Of a stretch of 64,000 bases of DNA, positions 31,500-40,393 are shown piece after piece; the stretch's first letter is position 1, and the number at the start of each line of letters is the position of its first letter. The stretch is taken from contig CAZMGP010000021.1 of assembly GCA_964565875.1 (NCBI GenBank), positions 9,094-73,093 on the forward strand, written 5' to 3'. This DNA comes from an uncultured Enterobacteriaceae bacterium. GTDB lineage: Bacteria; Pseudomonadota; Gammaproteobacteria; Burkholderiales; SG8-39. Made by a program: the position numbers and the translations under genes. The notes beneath the pieces are model-generated. The model searched no databases. It worked only from the letters and a program-made list of their open reading frames with translations, and had not been told where the DNA came from.

Positions 31500-31522
31500 A
31501 CAAGGGGGCCGTGCCCCCTTGT
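31500..31522. terminator. Perfect 9-bp GC-rich hairpin between convergent genes (candidate bidirectional terminator)
   Basis: ACAAGGGGG[CCGTG]CCCCCTTGT lies between the 3' ends of 31074..31385 (+) and 31533..32141 (-). There is no clear U-tract on either strand. Confidence 0.4.
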
Positions 31523-31532
31523 TCGAACCTAT

Positions 31533-32141
31533 CTAGCGGCGCTCGCGCCCGAGAGTGTAGAACTCCTCGTTCGGCCGCATGTTGACGAGGTTGGCCATGC
31601 GGTTCGACAGCGCGAAAAACGAGGCGACCGCACCGATGTCCCAGATGTCCTCGTCGGAAAAACCGTGGCCGCGCAGCGCGTCGAAGTCCGCGTCGCCGAT
31701 GGTCCAGGGTTCGAGCGCGGTCTTCATCGCAAAATCGAGCATCGCCCGCTGCTTCGGGGTGATATCGGCCTTGCGGTAGTTGACCGCCACCTGGTCGGCG
31801 ATCAGCGGGTTCTTCGCGCGGATGCGCAGAATGGCGCCATGGGCGACGACGCAGTACTGGCACTGGTTCGCGCCCGAGGTCGCCACCACGATCATCTCGC
31901 GCTCCGCTTTGGTCAAGCCACTTTGTTTCTCCATCAGCGCATCGTGATAGGCGAAGAATGCGCGAAATTCGTCCGGGCGATGCGCGAACGCGAGGAACAC
32001 GTTCGGAATGAAGCCGGACTTCTCCTGCACTGCGAGGATGCGCTCGCGAATGTCCTGCGGCAGCTCTTCCAGCTTCGGTACGGGATAACGGCTGATCGCG
32101 CTCAAGCTCTTCTCCTGATCATGACTGCTGTACGCCGGCAT
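31533..32141 (-). CDS. Peroxidase-related enzyme, AhpD/carboxymuconolactone decarboxylase family
   Basis: CxxC-type motif in CMD context (ATSGANQCQYCVVAHG). 202 aa. The start abuts the stop of the upstream Bug gene. Confidence 0.7.
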   Translation of the reverse strand: MPAYSSHDQEKSLSAISRYPVPKLEELPQDIRERILAVQEKSGFIPNVFLAFAHRPDEFRAFFAYHDALMEKQSGLTKAEREMIVVATSGANQCQYCVVAHGAILRIRAKNPLIADQVAVNYRKADITPKQRAMLDFAMKTALEPWTIGDADFDALRGHGFSDEDIWDIGAVASFFALSNRMANLVNMRPNEEFYTLGRERR

Positions 32142-33113
32142 TCAGTCAGCGTAAACGCCCGCCTTCTTGATGATCGGGCCCCACTTCTCGATTTCCGACT
32201 TCAGGTGCGATTGCAGCGCCGCCGGCGTTGCGAGCGCCTGCGGCACGGGCTCCGTTCCCAGATCGGCGAGCCGCGCCTTGACGTTCGCATCCTTCAATGC
32301 CGCCTGCAGCGAGGCGACGAGCCGGTCCATCACGGGCTTGGGCGTGCCCTTGGGCGCATAGATGCCGTGCCACACGGCCACCTCGAAGCCTTTGAGCCCC
32401 TGCTCGTCCAGCGTCGGGATGTCCTTGAGCGAAGGCACGCGGGTCTTGGTGGTGACGCCGTAGACCTTCACCTTGCCGCCTTTGATCTGCGACGTGGTGT
32501 TGGTCGTTTGGTCGCACATGAAATCGACCTGGCCGCCGAGCAGGTCGTTCATCGCCGGCGCCGTGCCTTTGTACGGCACGGTGGTGAGATCGGTCTCGAT
32601 CGCGCTCATGAACAGCAGCCCGCACAGATGCGAGGCCGCCCCCAGGCCGGCGTTGGCGTAGGTGACCTTGGCCTTGTTCGCTTTCACGTAGGCGAGGAGG
32701 TCCTTGAAATTGGTGGCCGGGAAGTCCTTGCGCGCGATCATGGTCATCGGCACGTCGGCGACCATGCCGACGTATTCGAAGTCGGCGAGCGGCTTGTACG
32801 GCAGATTGCGGTACAGCGCCGGCGCGGTGGACATGCCGATGTGGTGCAGCAGGATGTAATAGCCGTCGGGCGTCGCCTTGGCGACGCGGTTGACGCCTAT
32901 GGTGCCGCCGGCGCCACCGACGTTCTCAATCATCACCGTCTGTTTCAGGTCGACCGTCATCGCCTGGGCGATGGTGCGGCCGAGGGTATCGGTCGGCCCG
33001 CCGGCGGAAAACGGCACCACCATGGTAATCGGCTTGGTCGGATAGGTTTGCGCCTGGGCGGCGCCGGCCAAGAGCGCGAGCAATGCTGCCTGCGCGAAGC
33101 GTTTTAGTCTCAT
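32142..33113 (-). CDS. Bug-family (TctC-like) substrate-binding protein, orphan
   Basis: Taken from ATG 33113: MRLKRFAQAALLALLAGAAQAQTYPTKPITMVVPFSAGGPTDTLGRTIAQAM... is the Bug signature. Confidence 0.85.
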   Translation of the reverse strand: MRLKRFAQAALLALLAGAAQAQTYPTKPITMVVPFSAGGPTDTLGRTIAQAMTVDLKQTVMIENVGGAGGTIGVNRVAKATPDGYYILLHHIGMSTAPALYRNLPYKPLADFEYVGMVADVPMTMIARKDFPATNFKDLLAYVKANKAKVTYANAGLGAASHLCGLLFMSAIETDLTTVPYKGTAPAMNDLLGGQVDFMCDQTTNTTSQIKGGKVKVYGVTTKTRVPSLKDIPTLDEQGLKGFEVAVWHGIYAPKGTPKPVMDRLVASLQAALKDANVKARLADLGTEPVPQALATPAALQSHLKSEIEKWGPIIKKAGVYAD

Positions 33114-33197
33114 CCTGGTAACCCCTTTAGTAATTATGGTAAAAGCGGATGCTAATCTAGCCCGCAGGCGTGCCATTGATCAAGATCAAGCACGGGG

Positions 33198-33232
33198 GGC
33201 GCGAAGCGCGACCGGCTGGCGCGCTTCGCGCC
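33198..33232 (-). terminator. 12-13-bp perfect GC hairpin, candidate original terminator of tRNA-Arg, now displaced by the island
   Basis: GGCGCGAAGCGC[..11 nt..]GCGCTTCGCGCC lies ~25 nt beyond the distal att repeat, in the direction of tRNA transcription. No strong U-tract. Confidence 0.35.
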
Positions 33233-33255
33233 GCGCTGATCGGCCGACTGGGATT

Positions 33256-33272
33256 TGGCGCGCCCGACAGGA
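33256..33272. repeat. Distal att direct repeat (TGGCGCGCCCGACAGGA)
   Basis: Exact 17-bp copy of the 3'-terminal 17 nt of the tRNA-Arg gene (complement strand) found at 47422-47438. Confidence 0.8.
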
Positions 33273-33308
33273 TGAATCTGGGCACTGGCTAGAGATTATA
33301 ACCTTGCT

Positions 33309-33599
33309 CTAACCGCGGATGTTCGCAACGGCGATGCCTTGCGCGGCGCAATTACTCGTGTCGATGCCGTCCGCGCCGGTCGCCGCTACCGCGATCAAGC
33401 GAAGATCGGGCAGTTGTTGCACCGCCTCTGCTGTAAGTCGTGTCCTGTTTACGATCGCGACCGCGGCACCGATCAAGCGCGCCACCACTTCTTCTGGCCG
33501 CGTGTAACCGTATTCGATCAATCTATGCGCGAAGCCTGGCTTGCGCTGGTGAATCTGCGAGGCGATAGTGGCACGGTCGAGACAGACGATTTTCCGCAC
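33309..33599 (-). pseudogene. Truncated D-isomer-specific 2-hydroxyacid dehydrogenase (N-terminal 96 codons only)
   Basis: GTG start; MRKIVCLDRA...LRLIAVAATGADGIDTSNCAAQGIAVANIRG is the N-terminal substrate-binding lobe. The NAD-binding GxGxxG domain and the catalytic residues (about 220 aa) are missing. The ORF stops 37 bp from the att repeat. Confidence 0.7.
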
Positions 33600-33600
33600 G

Positions 33601-35655
33601 TCAGATTGAGGGGCGCGCGTGCAGGCAACGTTTTGCCGCGGTGACGACCGCCGCTGAGGTGATGCCGAAATGCTGATAGAGGACGTCGGCAGGTCCGGAG
33701 GCGCCGAAGCCGGTCATGCCGACGAATTCGCCGAACTCGCCAAGGTAACGGTCCCAGCCGAAACGCGCGGCCGCCTCAACTGCCACCCGTGCGCCAGTTG
33801 CCGGGAGGATGGACGATCGGTACGCCTTGTCTTGCGCTTCGAACAGTTCCCAGCTCGGCATTGAGACCACGGCTGTTGCTATGCCCTCGGACTGCAGCAT
33901 CGAGCGAGCCTGCAGGGCGAGCGTAACCTCCGATCCGGTCGCCAGGAGCGTAACCTCGCGACTGGCGCCATCGGCCTCGGCCAGCACGTAAGCGCCTCGC
34001 CGTGACAGGTTTTCGTCCGCGTGCAGGCTGCGTACGCTCGGCATCGCCTGTCGCGCAAAAATCATCGATACCGGGCCAGTGCGATGCTCCAGCGCGATCT
34101 CCCAGCATTCCGCCGCTTCCACTGCGTCGGCGGGCCGGAACACCAGCATGTTGGGCATGGCGCGCAACGCAGCGAGAATCTCGACGGGTTGATGGGTGGG
34201 CCCGTTCTTGCCCACACCGATGGAATCGTGGCTGAACACGAACTTTACCGGCAAGCCCATCAGGGCTGCCATGCGTAGCGATGGGCGTTCGTAATCGGCA
34301 AATGCGAGGTAGGTGACCGCAAGAGGAATAATTCCGCCATGCGCGGCCATGCCTACGGCCATCGCCCCCATAACGTGCTCGCGTACGCCGCAGTGCACAT
34401 AAGCACCGCTTCGGTCTTGTGCGGTAAACGCCTTCAGACGACGTTTGTGACTGGTGGGCGCCTCCAGATCGGCGCATGCCACCATGCGCTCGGGCAAGAG
34501 TTCGACCAGCAAATCGTTGATCTCGCCTGAGAGCATGATTCCGCCTTGCGGCGGATTCTGCGCGGGTGCGCCGCGCTTGTATTCGAGCAGTTTGTCGCGC
34601 CATCCATCGGGCAGTTCTCCCGCAATGACGCGATCGAACTCCGCTCGGTCTGCGTCGGACAAGGCCGCACGGCGCTCTTGCCACGCCTTGTACTCTGCAG
34701 CGCTGCGCCGGCCCGCGGCCCGCCACGTGCTTAGCACTGCCGCGGGCACTTCGAACGGCGGATGGGGCCAACCGAGCGCTTCCCGCGCCGCCTGCGCATC
34801 TTCATCATATAGCCTGGCGCTGTGACCGCCGCGCTGACCTTGCAGACGCATGATGCCTCGCGCGATGACCGTACGGCAGGCAATCAAGGATGGACGCGGA
34901 TCTCGCTTAGCCTGCGCAATGGCGGCGGATGCCGCCTCAATATCATGACCGTCAATCTCGATCACATGCCAATCTGCCACTCGGAATCGCGCAGCGACAT
35001 CCTCGCTGATCGACAGCGCCGTTCCACCGTCGTCGGTGATGCGGTTGTCGTCCCAGAACAGAACCAGCTTGCCGAGTCGCAGATGACCTGCCAGCGCGAT
35101 CATTTCTTGTCCGATGCCTTCCTGCAGGCAACCGTCGCCGACGAAGGCGTAAGTAAAATGGTTTACCAGGTTCGCGCCGAAACGCGCGTTCAGATACGCC
35201 TCGGCGACCGCCATGCCCAGGGCGTTGGCGATCCCCTGACCCAGTGGTCCCGTCGTTACCTCGATGCCGTGCGCCGGGTTGTGTTCTGGATGACCTGCGC
35301 AATGTGAGCCCAATTCGCGGAATCGCTTGATCTCGTCAAGCGAGATCGCCTCATAACCGGTCAGATACAGGAGCGAATAGAGCAGCATCGATCCGTGACC
35401 GTTGGAGAGCACGAAGCGGTCGCGATCCGGCCAAGTCGGGTCTGCAGGATTGAACTTCAAATGGCGAGAGAAAAGCGCAGTGGCGATCTCCGCCATGCCC
35501 AGAGGAACGCCCTGGTGGCCCTCAGTGGCACGCACGATCGCGTCAATCGACAGGAAGCGGATCGCATGCGCCAGCAACTGCGAATCGACTCCAGTAGCGG
35601 AAACAGGACGCTCCCCAATCTCCCGCGCGTTCGAATTACTTGCCATCGGCGTCAT
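33601..35655 (-). CDS. tkt: Transketolase (full-length, 684 aa)
   Basis: GHQGVPLGMAEIATALF...RDRFVLSNGHGSMLLYSLLYLTGY...GPLGQGIANALGMA...GDGCLQEGI are canonical TPP-binding motifs. Confidence 0.9.
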   Translation of the reverse strand: MTPMASNSNAREIGERPVSATGVDSQLLAHAIRFLSIDAIVRATEGHQGVPLGMAEIATALFSRHLKFNPADPTWPDRDRFVLSNGHGSMLLYSLLYLTGYEAISLDEIKRFRELGSHCAGHPEHNPAHGIEVTTGPLGQGIANALGMAVAEAYLNARFGANLVNHFTYAFVGDGCLQEGIGQEMIALAGHLRLGKLVLFWDDNRITDDGGTALSISEDVAARFRVADWHVIEIDGHDIEAASAAIAQAKRDPRPSLIACRTVIARGIMRLQGQRGGHSARLYDEDAQAAREALGWPHPPFEVPAAVLSTWRAAGRRSAAEYKAWQERRAALSDADRAEFDRVIAGELPDGWRDKLLEYKRGAPAQNPPQGGIMLSGEINDLLVELLPERMVACADLEAPTSHKRRLKAFTAQDRSGAYVHCGVREHVMGAMAVGMAAHGGIIPLAVTYLAFADYERPSLRMAALMGLPVKFVFSHDSIGVGKNGPTHQPVEILAALRAMPNMLVFRPADAVEAAECWEIALEHRTGPVSMIFARQAMPSVRSLHADENLSRRGAYVLAEADGASREVTLLATGSEVTLALQARSMLQSEGIATAVVSMPSWELFEAQDKAYRSSILPATGARVAVEAAARFGWDRYLGEFGEFVGMTGFGASGPADVLYQHFGITSAAVVTAAKRCLHARPSI

Positions 35656-35666
35656 GACTTGCTCCG

Positions 35667-36671
35667 TCAGCCGAGCCAGCCCTTGATGCGACGTGCCAGT
35701 GCCTCGCGACTGATGCCGTAACGCTCGTGCAGTGTCGGCAGCGCCCCGGCGTCGAGGAAGGCGTCGGGGAGACCGGCTAGTTCAAAACGAGCCGGCTGCA
35801 CGCGGTGGCGCATCAGCGCGCTCGCCACTGCCTCCCCCAAACCACCCACCACGGAGTGGTTCTCGGCCACGACGACCAGCCGGTGCTTGTAACGCACCGC
35901 TTCGACGATGGTCTCCTCGTCCAGCGGCTTGATGGTGGGACAGTGCAGCACCGCGACACTCACTTTGTCACCAGCCAGTGTCTCGGCCGCCTCCAGCGCA
36001 CGCATGGTCATGAATCCGCTGGAGATCACGACCACGTCTGCGCCGTCGCGCAATTGTTTGGCCTTGCCCAGCTCGAAACGGTAGTCGTACGCATCGAGCA
36101 CGAGCGGGACGTTACCCCGAAGCAGGCGCATGTAGACGGGGCCTTTGTGCGCATAAATCTGCGGCACGGCCTGCTCAATATCGAGCGCGTCGCAGGGATC
36201 GACAATGGTCATGCCCGGGATGGCGCGCATCATGGCGAGGTCTTCAGTGGCCTGATGGCTTGGGCCATACCCGGTTGTCAGGCCCGGCAGCGCACAACAC
36301 ATCTTGACGTTCAGGTTTTCCTCGGCGATCACCTGGTGGACAAAGTCGTAAGCGCGCCGTGTCCCGAAGACCGCATAGGTCGTCGCGAACGGCACAAATC
36401 CCTCCTTGGCAATGCCGCCGGCCGCACCCATGAGCAACTGCTCAGCCATGCCCATCTGGTAGAACCGCTCAGGGAATGCCTGAGCGAACAGGTGCAAGTC
36501 GGTGTACTTGGAAAGATCGGCCGTCATGCCGACAATGTCAGTGTGCTTCTCGGCGAGTTCCACCAGCGCTTTGCCGAACGGTGCTGCTTTGACGCGTTGC
36601 CCTTCCGCCGCGATCGACGCGATCATCGCCGACGTCGTCAGGCGCGGCTTTTTTTCCGTGACGGTGCTCAT
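35667..36671 (-). CDS. Split transketolase, C-terminal (pyrimidine-binding) subunit
   Basis: 334 aa. FGKALVELAEKHTDIVGMTADLSKYTDL..FPERFYQMGMAEQLLMGAAGG is the TktB-type subunit. It overlaps the upstream subunit gene by 4 nt. Confidence 0.85.
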   Translation of the reverse strand: MSTVTEKKPRLTTSAMIASIAAEGQRVKAAPFGKALVELAEKHTDIVGMTADLSKYTDLHLFAQAFPERFYQMGMAEQLLMGAAGGIAKEGFVPFATTYAVFGTRRAYDFVHQVIAEENLNVKMCCALPGLTTGYGPSHQATEDLAMMRAIPGMTIVDPCDALDIEQAVPQIYAHKGPVYMRLLRGNVPLVLDAYDYRFELGKAKQLRDGADVVVISSGFMTMRALEAAETLAGDKVSVAVLHCPTIKPLDEETIVEAVRYKHRLVVVAENHSVVGGLGEAVASALMRHRVQPARFELAGLPDAFLDAGALPTLHERYGISREALARRIKGWLG

Positions 36672-37534
36672 GCGGGGGCTCCTTCGAATTGCATCTGTGG
36701 TTGGTTCCGGTCAAGAACATCGATCGCCTGCTTCCACTCGGGCGGGTCGACTCTTATGAAATGGTTCTTCTCGCGCTGTTCAAGGAAGGGCACACCTTTG
36801 CCCATCAGCGTGTCGAAGAGGATGACGCGCGGCTTCGCGTCCTGCAGCCCGCGCGCCGCGTCGAACGCGGCAACGACTGCCGGCAAGTCATTACCGTTCA
36901 CGCGCTGCACCTGCCATCCGAAGGCGGCCCACTTGTCCGCTAGTGGCTCGAAGCCGAGGACTTTGCTTGACGGACCATCGGCCTGCTGATTGTTGATGTC
37001 CACCAAGCAAATCAGGTTCGCGAGCCTGAGGTGCGCCGCCGCCATTGCCGCCTCCCAGGTGGATCCCTCGTCGAGTTCGCCGTCGGACATCGAGTTGTAG
37101 ACAAAGGCGGGATTGCGCTTCTGCGCCAGACCCAACGCCATGCCCACGGCGATCGGCAGTCCCTGCCCGAGCGAGCCACCGGAGATCTCCATGCTTGGTG
37201 TGTAACTTGCCATACCCGACATCGGCAAGCGGCTATCGTCGCTGCCGTAGGTGTCGAGTTCGGACTCAGGAATGAGGCCCGCCTCGATGAGCGCTGCGTA
37301 AAAAGCGATGGCATAGTGGCCATGCGATAGCAGGAAGCGGTCGCGGCCCTCCCAATGCGGATCGTCCGGGCGGAATTTCATGGCGTGGCAGTAAGCGACG
37401 GCCAGAACGTCGGCATAGCCGAGCGCCTGACCGATGTAGCCTTGTCCCTGCACCTCGCCCATGCGAAGGGCGAAGCGCCGGATCCGATAGGCCCGCTGCG
37501 CAAGCTTGGCGAGCGTGGCAGTGTTATTGCTCAT
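36668..37534 (-). CDS. Split transketolase, N-terminal (TPP-binding) subunit
   Basis: 288 aa. GYIGQALGYADVLAVAY...RDRFLLSHGHYAIAFYAAL...GSLGQGLPIAVGMA is the TktA-type subunit. Confidence 0.85.
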   Translation of the reverse strand: MSNNTATLAKLAQRAYRIRRFALRMGEVQGQGYIGQALGYADVLAVAYCHAMKFRPDDPHWEGRDRFLLSHGHYAIAFYAALIEAGLIPESELDTYGSDDSRLPMSGMASYTPSMEISGGSLGQGLPIAVGMALGLAQKRNPAFVYNSMSDGELDEGSTWEAAMAAAHLRLANLICLVDINNQQADGPSSKVLGFEPLADKWAAFGWQVQRVNGNDLPAVVAAFDAARGLQDAKPRVILFDTLMGKGVPFLEQREKNHFIRVDPPEWKQAIDVLDRNQPQMQFEGAPA

Positions 37535-37567
37535 CGAAGTTTCTCCTGTGTAAGCAGTTTTCGCGAC

Positions 37568-38827
37568 TCAGAATATAGTCAGCCAGGGCAGATAGGCGAA
37601 CGCGAGCAGGAGCCCCAGCCCTACGGCATAGAACGGAATCAACTCGATTACGACGTCGCCGATGCGGACCTTGGCCAGCGTGCTGGTAATGAACAAAGTC
37701 GTGCCGATCGGCGGGTGATACAGTCCGATCGAAAGGTTCACGATCATCATTATGCCCAGTTGGACGGTGTCCATCCCCACCGCGGCCGCGAGCGGAACGA
37801 ACATCGGTGTCAGCAGGAGCACCGCCGCCGGCAGGTCGATGAACATCGCTGTCGCGAGCATGATCAGATTCATGGCAAGGATGATCAGCCATGGCGATTT
37901 AAGTGTCTGCGTTGCGTAGCGCGTGAATTCGGCTGGCAACTGCTCGTAGGTCACGATCCAGCCTACGATGCTCGATGCCATGATGATCAGCAGGACGACT
38001 CCGGTGGAAATTCCGGCCTCGACGGCGGCGGTTTTGATCTTCGCCACAGTGAGATCGCGATAGATCAGCCCGGCGACGAGCAGCGCGTACAGCGTCGACA
38101 TCACGCTCACCTCGGTCGGCGTGGCCACACCGAAGCGCAGGAAGATGATGATCAGGACCGGCATCGCCAGGGCGGGACCCGAGTGTGCGAGCTGGCGCCA
38201 GAATGCCGGCCACTGAAAGGGCGTGGTGTCGCGCGGGAAATTGCGGCGGCGCCCCTGCACGTAACACACGGCCATAAATCCGGCGCACATAAGCAAGCCA
38301 GGAAGAAGGCCTGCGACGAACAGCGCGCCGATCGAGGCGCCCGAGACCAGAGCGTAGATGATCATCGGGATCGACGGCGGAATCAGAATGTCGATGGTAG
38401 CTGCGGCCGCAAGCGAACCGGCCGCAAACGCGGGCGGATAGCCGAGCTTCTTCAGCCAGGGAATCAGCATCGATCCGATCGCGGAGGCGTCGGCTACGGC
38501 CGAGCCTGACACGCCGCCGAAGATGGTGGAGGACAACACGCCGACCTGCGCCGGCCCGCCATGGATGCGCCCGATCAGCATCGAAAGCAAAGTCACCAGA
38601 CTTTGCCCGAGTTTGCCGCTCACCATCAGCGCCCCCGTCATCATGAAGAACGGGATGGCGATCAGCGGAAAGCTTTGCGTCTGCGCGAGCATCTGCTCGA
38701 CCGCAAGGTGGACTGGAATCTTGTCCGCGATAAGCAGTCCGCCGACCGATGCCAGCACGAGCGCGTGCGCGATCGGGATCGATAGGAGCGCAGCCGCAAT
38801 GAAGAGCGCGATGATCAGCGTTGTCAC
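37568..38827 (-). CDS. dctM: TRAP transporter large permease (DctM family)
   Basis: The GTG at 38827 follows the dctQ stop after a 1-nt spacer (VTTLIIALFIAAALLSIPIAHALVL...). Polytopic, about 420 aa. The longer track ORF adds an Arg-rich extension overlapping dctQ. Confidence 0.85.
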   Translation of the reverse strand: MTTLIIALFIAAALLSIPIAHALVLASVGGLLIADKIPVHLAVEQMLAQTQSFPLIAIPFFMMTGALMVSGKLGQSLVTLLSMLIGRIHGGPAQVGVLSSTIFGGVSGSAVADASAIGSMLIPWLKKLGYPPAFAAGSLAAAATIDILIPPSIPMIIYALVSGASIGALFVAGLLPGLLMCAGFMAVCYVQGRRRNFPRDTTPFQWPAFWRQLAHSGPALAMPVLIIIFLRFGVATPTEVSVMSTLYALLVAGLIYRDLTVAKIKTAAVEAGISTGVVLLIIMASSIVGWIVTYEQLPAEFTRYATQTLKSPWLIILAMNLIMLATAMFIDLPAAVLLLTPMFVPLAAAVGMDTVQLGIMMIVNLSIGLYHPPIGTTLFITSTLAKVRIGDVVIELIPFYAVGLGLLLAFAYLPWLTIF

Positions 38828-38828
38828 G

Positions 38829-39353
38829 TTAAACGCCCTGCCTCGCGTCCGTCGTCGCATCGTCATGTCCGTGCGCATCCGCCTTCCCAGCCCAGACGTC
38901 GGGGAGCCGGCACAAAGTCGCCAGGGCAAGCAGCGCGAAACCGACCATCAGGCAGCCGACGCTCGCCGAGCCCGGCACTTTCAGCACGGGTGTGCGTTCG
39001 TCTGCTGCGACCTGCAGTACCGGCCAGGAGATCCACGCCAATGAGGTATACAGCGCGGCCACGGTTAGCGATCCGGCTGCAAGCACCCAGCGCCGTGCCG
39101 CGCCGAGCTTTTGCGTCAGGATTACAACCGAGATGTGCGAGCCGTGCTGGGCCGCGAGCACGACGCCGGCCATGATGAGCCACGGAAACAGCAATTCCGG
39201 AAGCTCGGAGGCCCACGCCAGGCTGCCGCCCGCCATGTAGCGCAGCGGTACATTGACCCCGAGGATGGCAAACACCACGGCGAGCGTCACGTACAGCACG
39301 CCGCGGCAAACAAAACCGATCGCACTATCGATAAGTCGTAAGAGTGCCATCAC
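38829..39353 (-). CDS. dctQ: TRAP transporter small permease (DctQ family)
   Basis: 174 aa with four hydrophobic helices, lying between the dctP and dctM homologues. Confidence 0.8.
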   Translation of the reverse strand: MMALLRLIDSAIGFVCRGVLYVTLAVVFAILGVNVPLRYMAGGSLAWASELPELLFPWLIMAGVVLAAQHGSHISVVILTQKLGAARRWVLAAGSLTVAALYTSLAWISWPVLQVAADERTPVLKVPGSASVGCLMVGFALLALATLCRLPDVWAGKADAHGHDDATTDARQGV

Positions 39354-39363
39354 GGATTTCGCC

Positions 39364-40350
39364 TTAGTTTGCCTGGCTGACGACGCGCTTGACGAAATCG
39401 CCGATCGAACCAGACGACCACTTGCTGTAGACGGATTTGGTCGCTTCGACGAAGGCTTTGTTATCGACCGTGTCGATCTGTACGCCCTTCGCTTTCAGCT
39501 CCGCAGCAAGTTTGTCGTCCGCTTCTTTAGACAATTTGCGCTGTAGCTGGGTGGCTTCGGCGGCCGCTTCAGCAAAGATCTTCTGGTCCGCAGCGGCTAG
39601 GCGGTCCCAGGTGCGTTTGCTGACCACGAAAGGCGTGGCCTCGTATTTGTGGCCGGTCAGGCTGAGATACTTCTGCACCTCGTAGAGCTTCGACGACGCG
39701 ATGTTCGCGAGCGGATTTTCCTGGCCGTCCACCACCCCCTGCTGCAACGCGACATAGAGCTCAGCAAACTTGATCTGCTGCGTGGCCGCACCGAGGGCCT
39801 GCATGATATCTGCGGTCATCTCGTCGGGCGGGATGCGGATCTTCAACCCTTTCACGTCCGCCGGCGACTTGATCGGCCGCTTGCTATTGGTGATGTGGCG
39901 GATGCCGTTGTCCCAGTAACCGAGGACAACCATGCCTTTGGCCGCGTTCAGCTTGGCCAGATCGGCACCGATCGGGCCGTCGAGCAGCTTCCAGGCCTTT
40001 TGCACGTCATTGAAAAGGAACGGCAGTCCGAGTGCGGCGTACTCCGGGACGACGTTCGCCATTGCACCCTGGCTATTGGCCGACATGTCCAGCGTGCCGG
40101 AGCGCAGTGCGGTAACCATTGCTGCGTCATCGCCGAGTTGGGCGGAATGGGCCACTTGGATCTCAATGCGACCGGCCGTCTTCGCCTTCACCCTTTCGGC
40201 GAATAGCACCGCCGCCTCGTGCCGCGGATTACCGGGCGCGGCGCCGTGTCCGAGAGTCAGTTTGACCGCTTGTGCCTGCACCGCAAGCGGCGCCATCAGT
40301 GCGCCGAGCGCCAAGGCAATCGCCGCGCGAAAGAATACTTTGCGTTCCAT
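39364..40350 (-). CDS. dctP: TRAP transporter substrate-binding protein (DctP family)
   Basis: Taken from ATG 40350: MERKVFFRAAIALALGALMAPLAVQAQAVKLTLGHGAAPGNPRHEAA...GTLDM is the DctP pattern. Confidence 0.85.
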   Translation of the reverse strand: MERKVFFRAAIALALGALMAPLAVQAQAVKLTLGHGAAPGNPRHEAAVLFAERVKAKTAGRIEIQVAHSAQLGDDAAMVTALRSGTLDMSANSQGAMANVVPEYAALGLPFLFNDVQKAWKLLDGPIGADLAKLNAAKGMVVLGYWDNGIRHITNSKRPIKSPADVKGLKIRIPPDEMTADIMQALGAATQQIKFAELYVALQQGVVDGQENPLANIASSKLYEVQKYLSLTGHKYEATPFVVSKRTWDRLAAADQKIFAEAAAEATQLQRKLSKEADDKLAAELKAKGVQIDTVDNKAFVEATKSVYSKWSSGSIGDFVKRVVSQAN

Positions 40351-40393
40351 GATTTCCCCCCTCCTTCGAAAATGCGCCGCCAATCGGCGCCGA

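Noticed and set aside
33256-33272. The possibility that the 17-bp repeat is a chance match in GC-rich DNA.
   Set aside because: Some random 17-mer pair in a 64-kb GC-rich window is not very unlikely. This one, however, coincides exactly with the tRNA 3' terminus, lies next to a recombinase at one end, and lies next to a truncated gene plus a terminator-like hairpin at the other. A match to that specific 17-mer is very improbable by chance.
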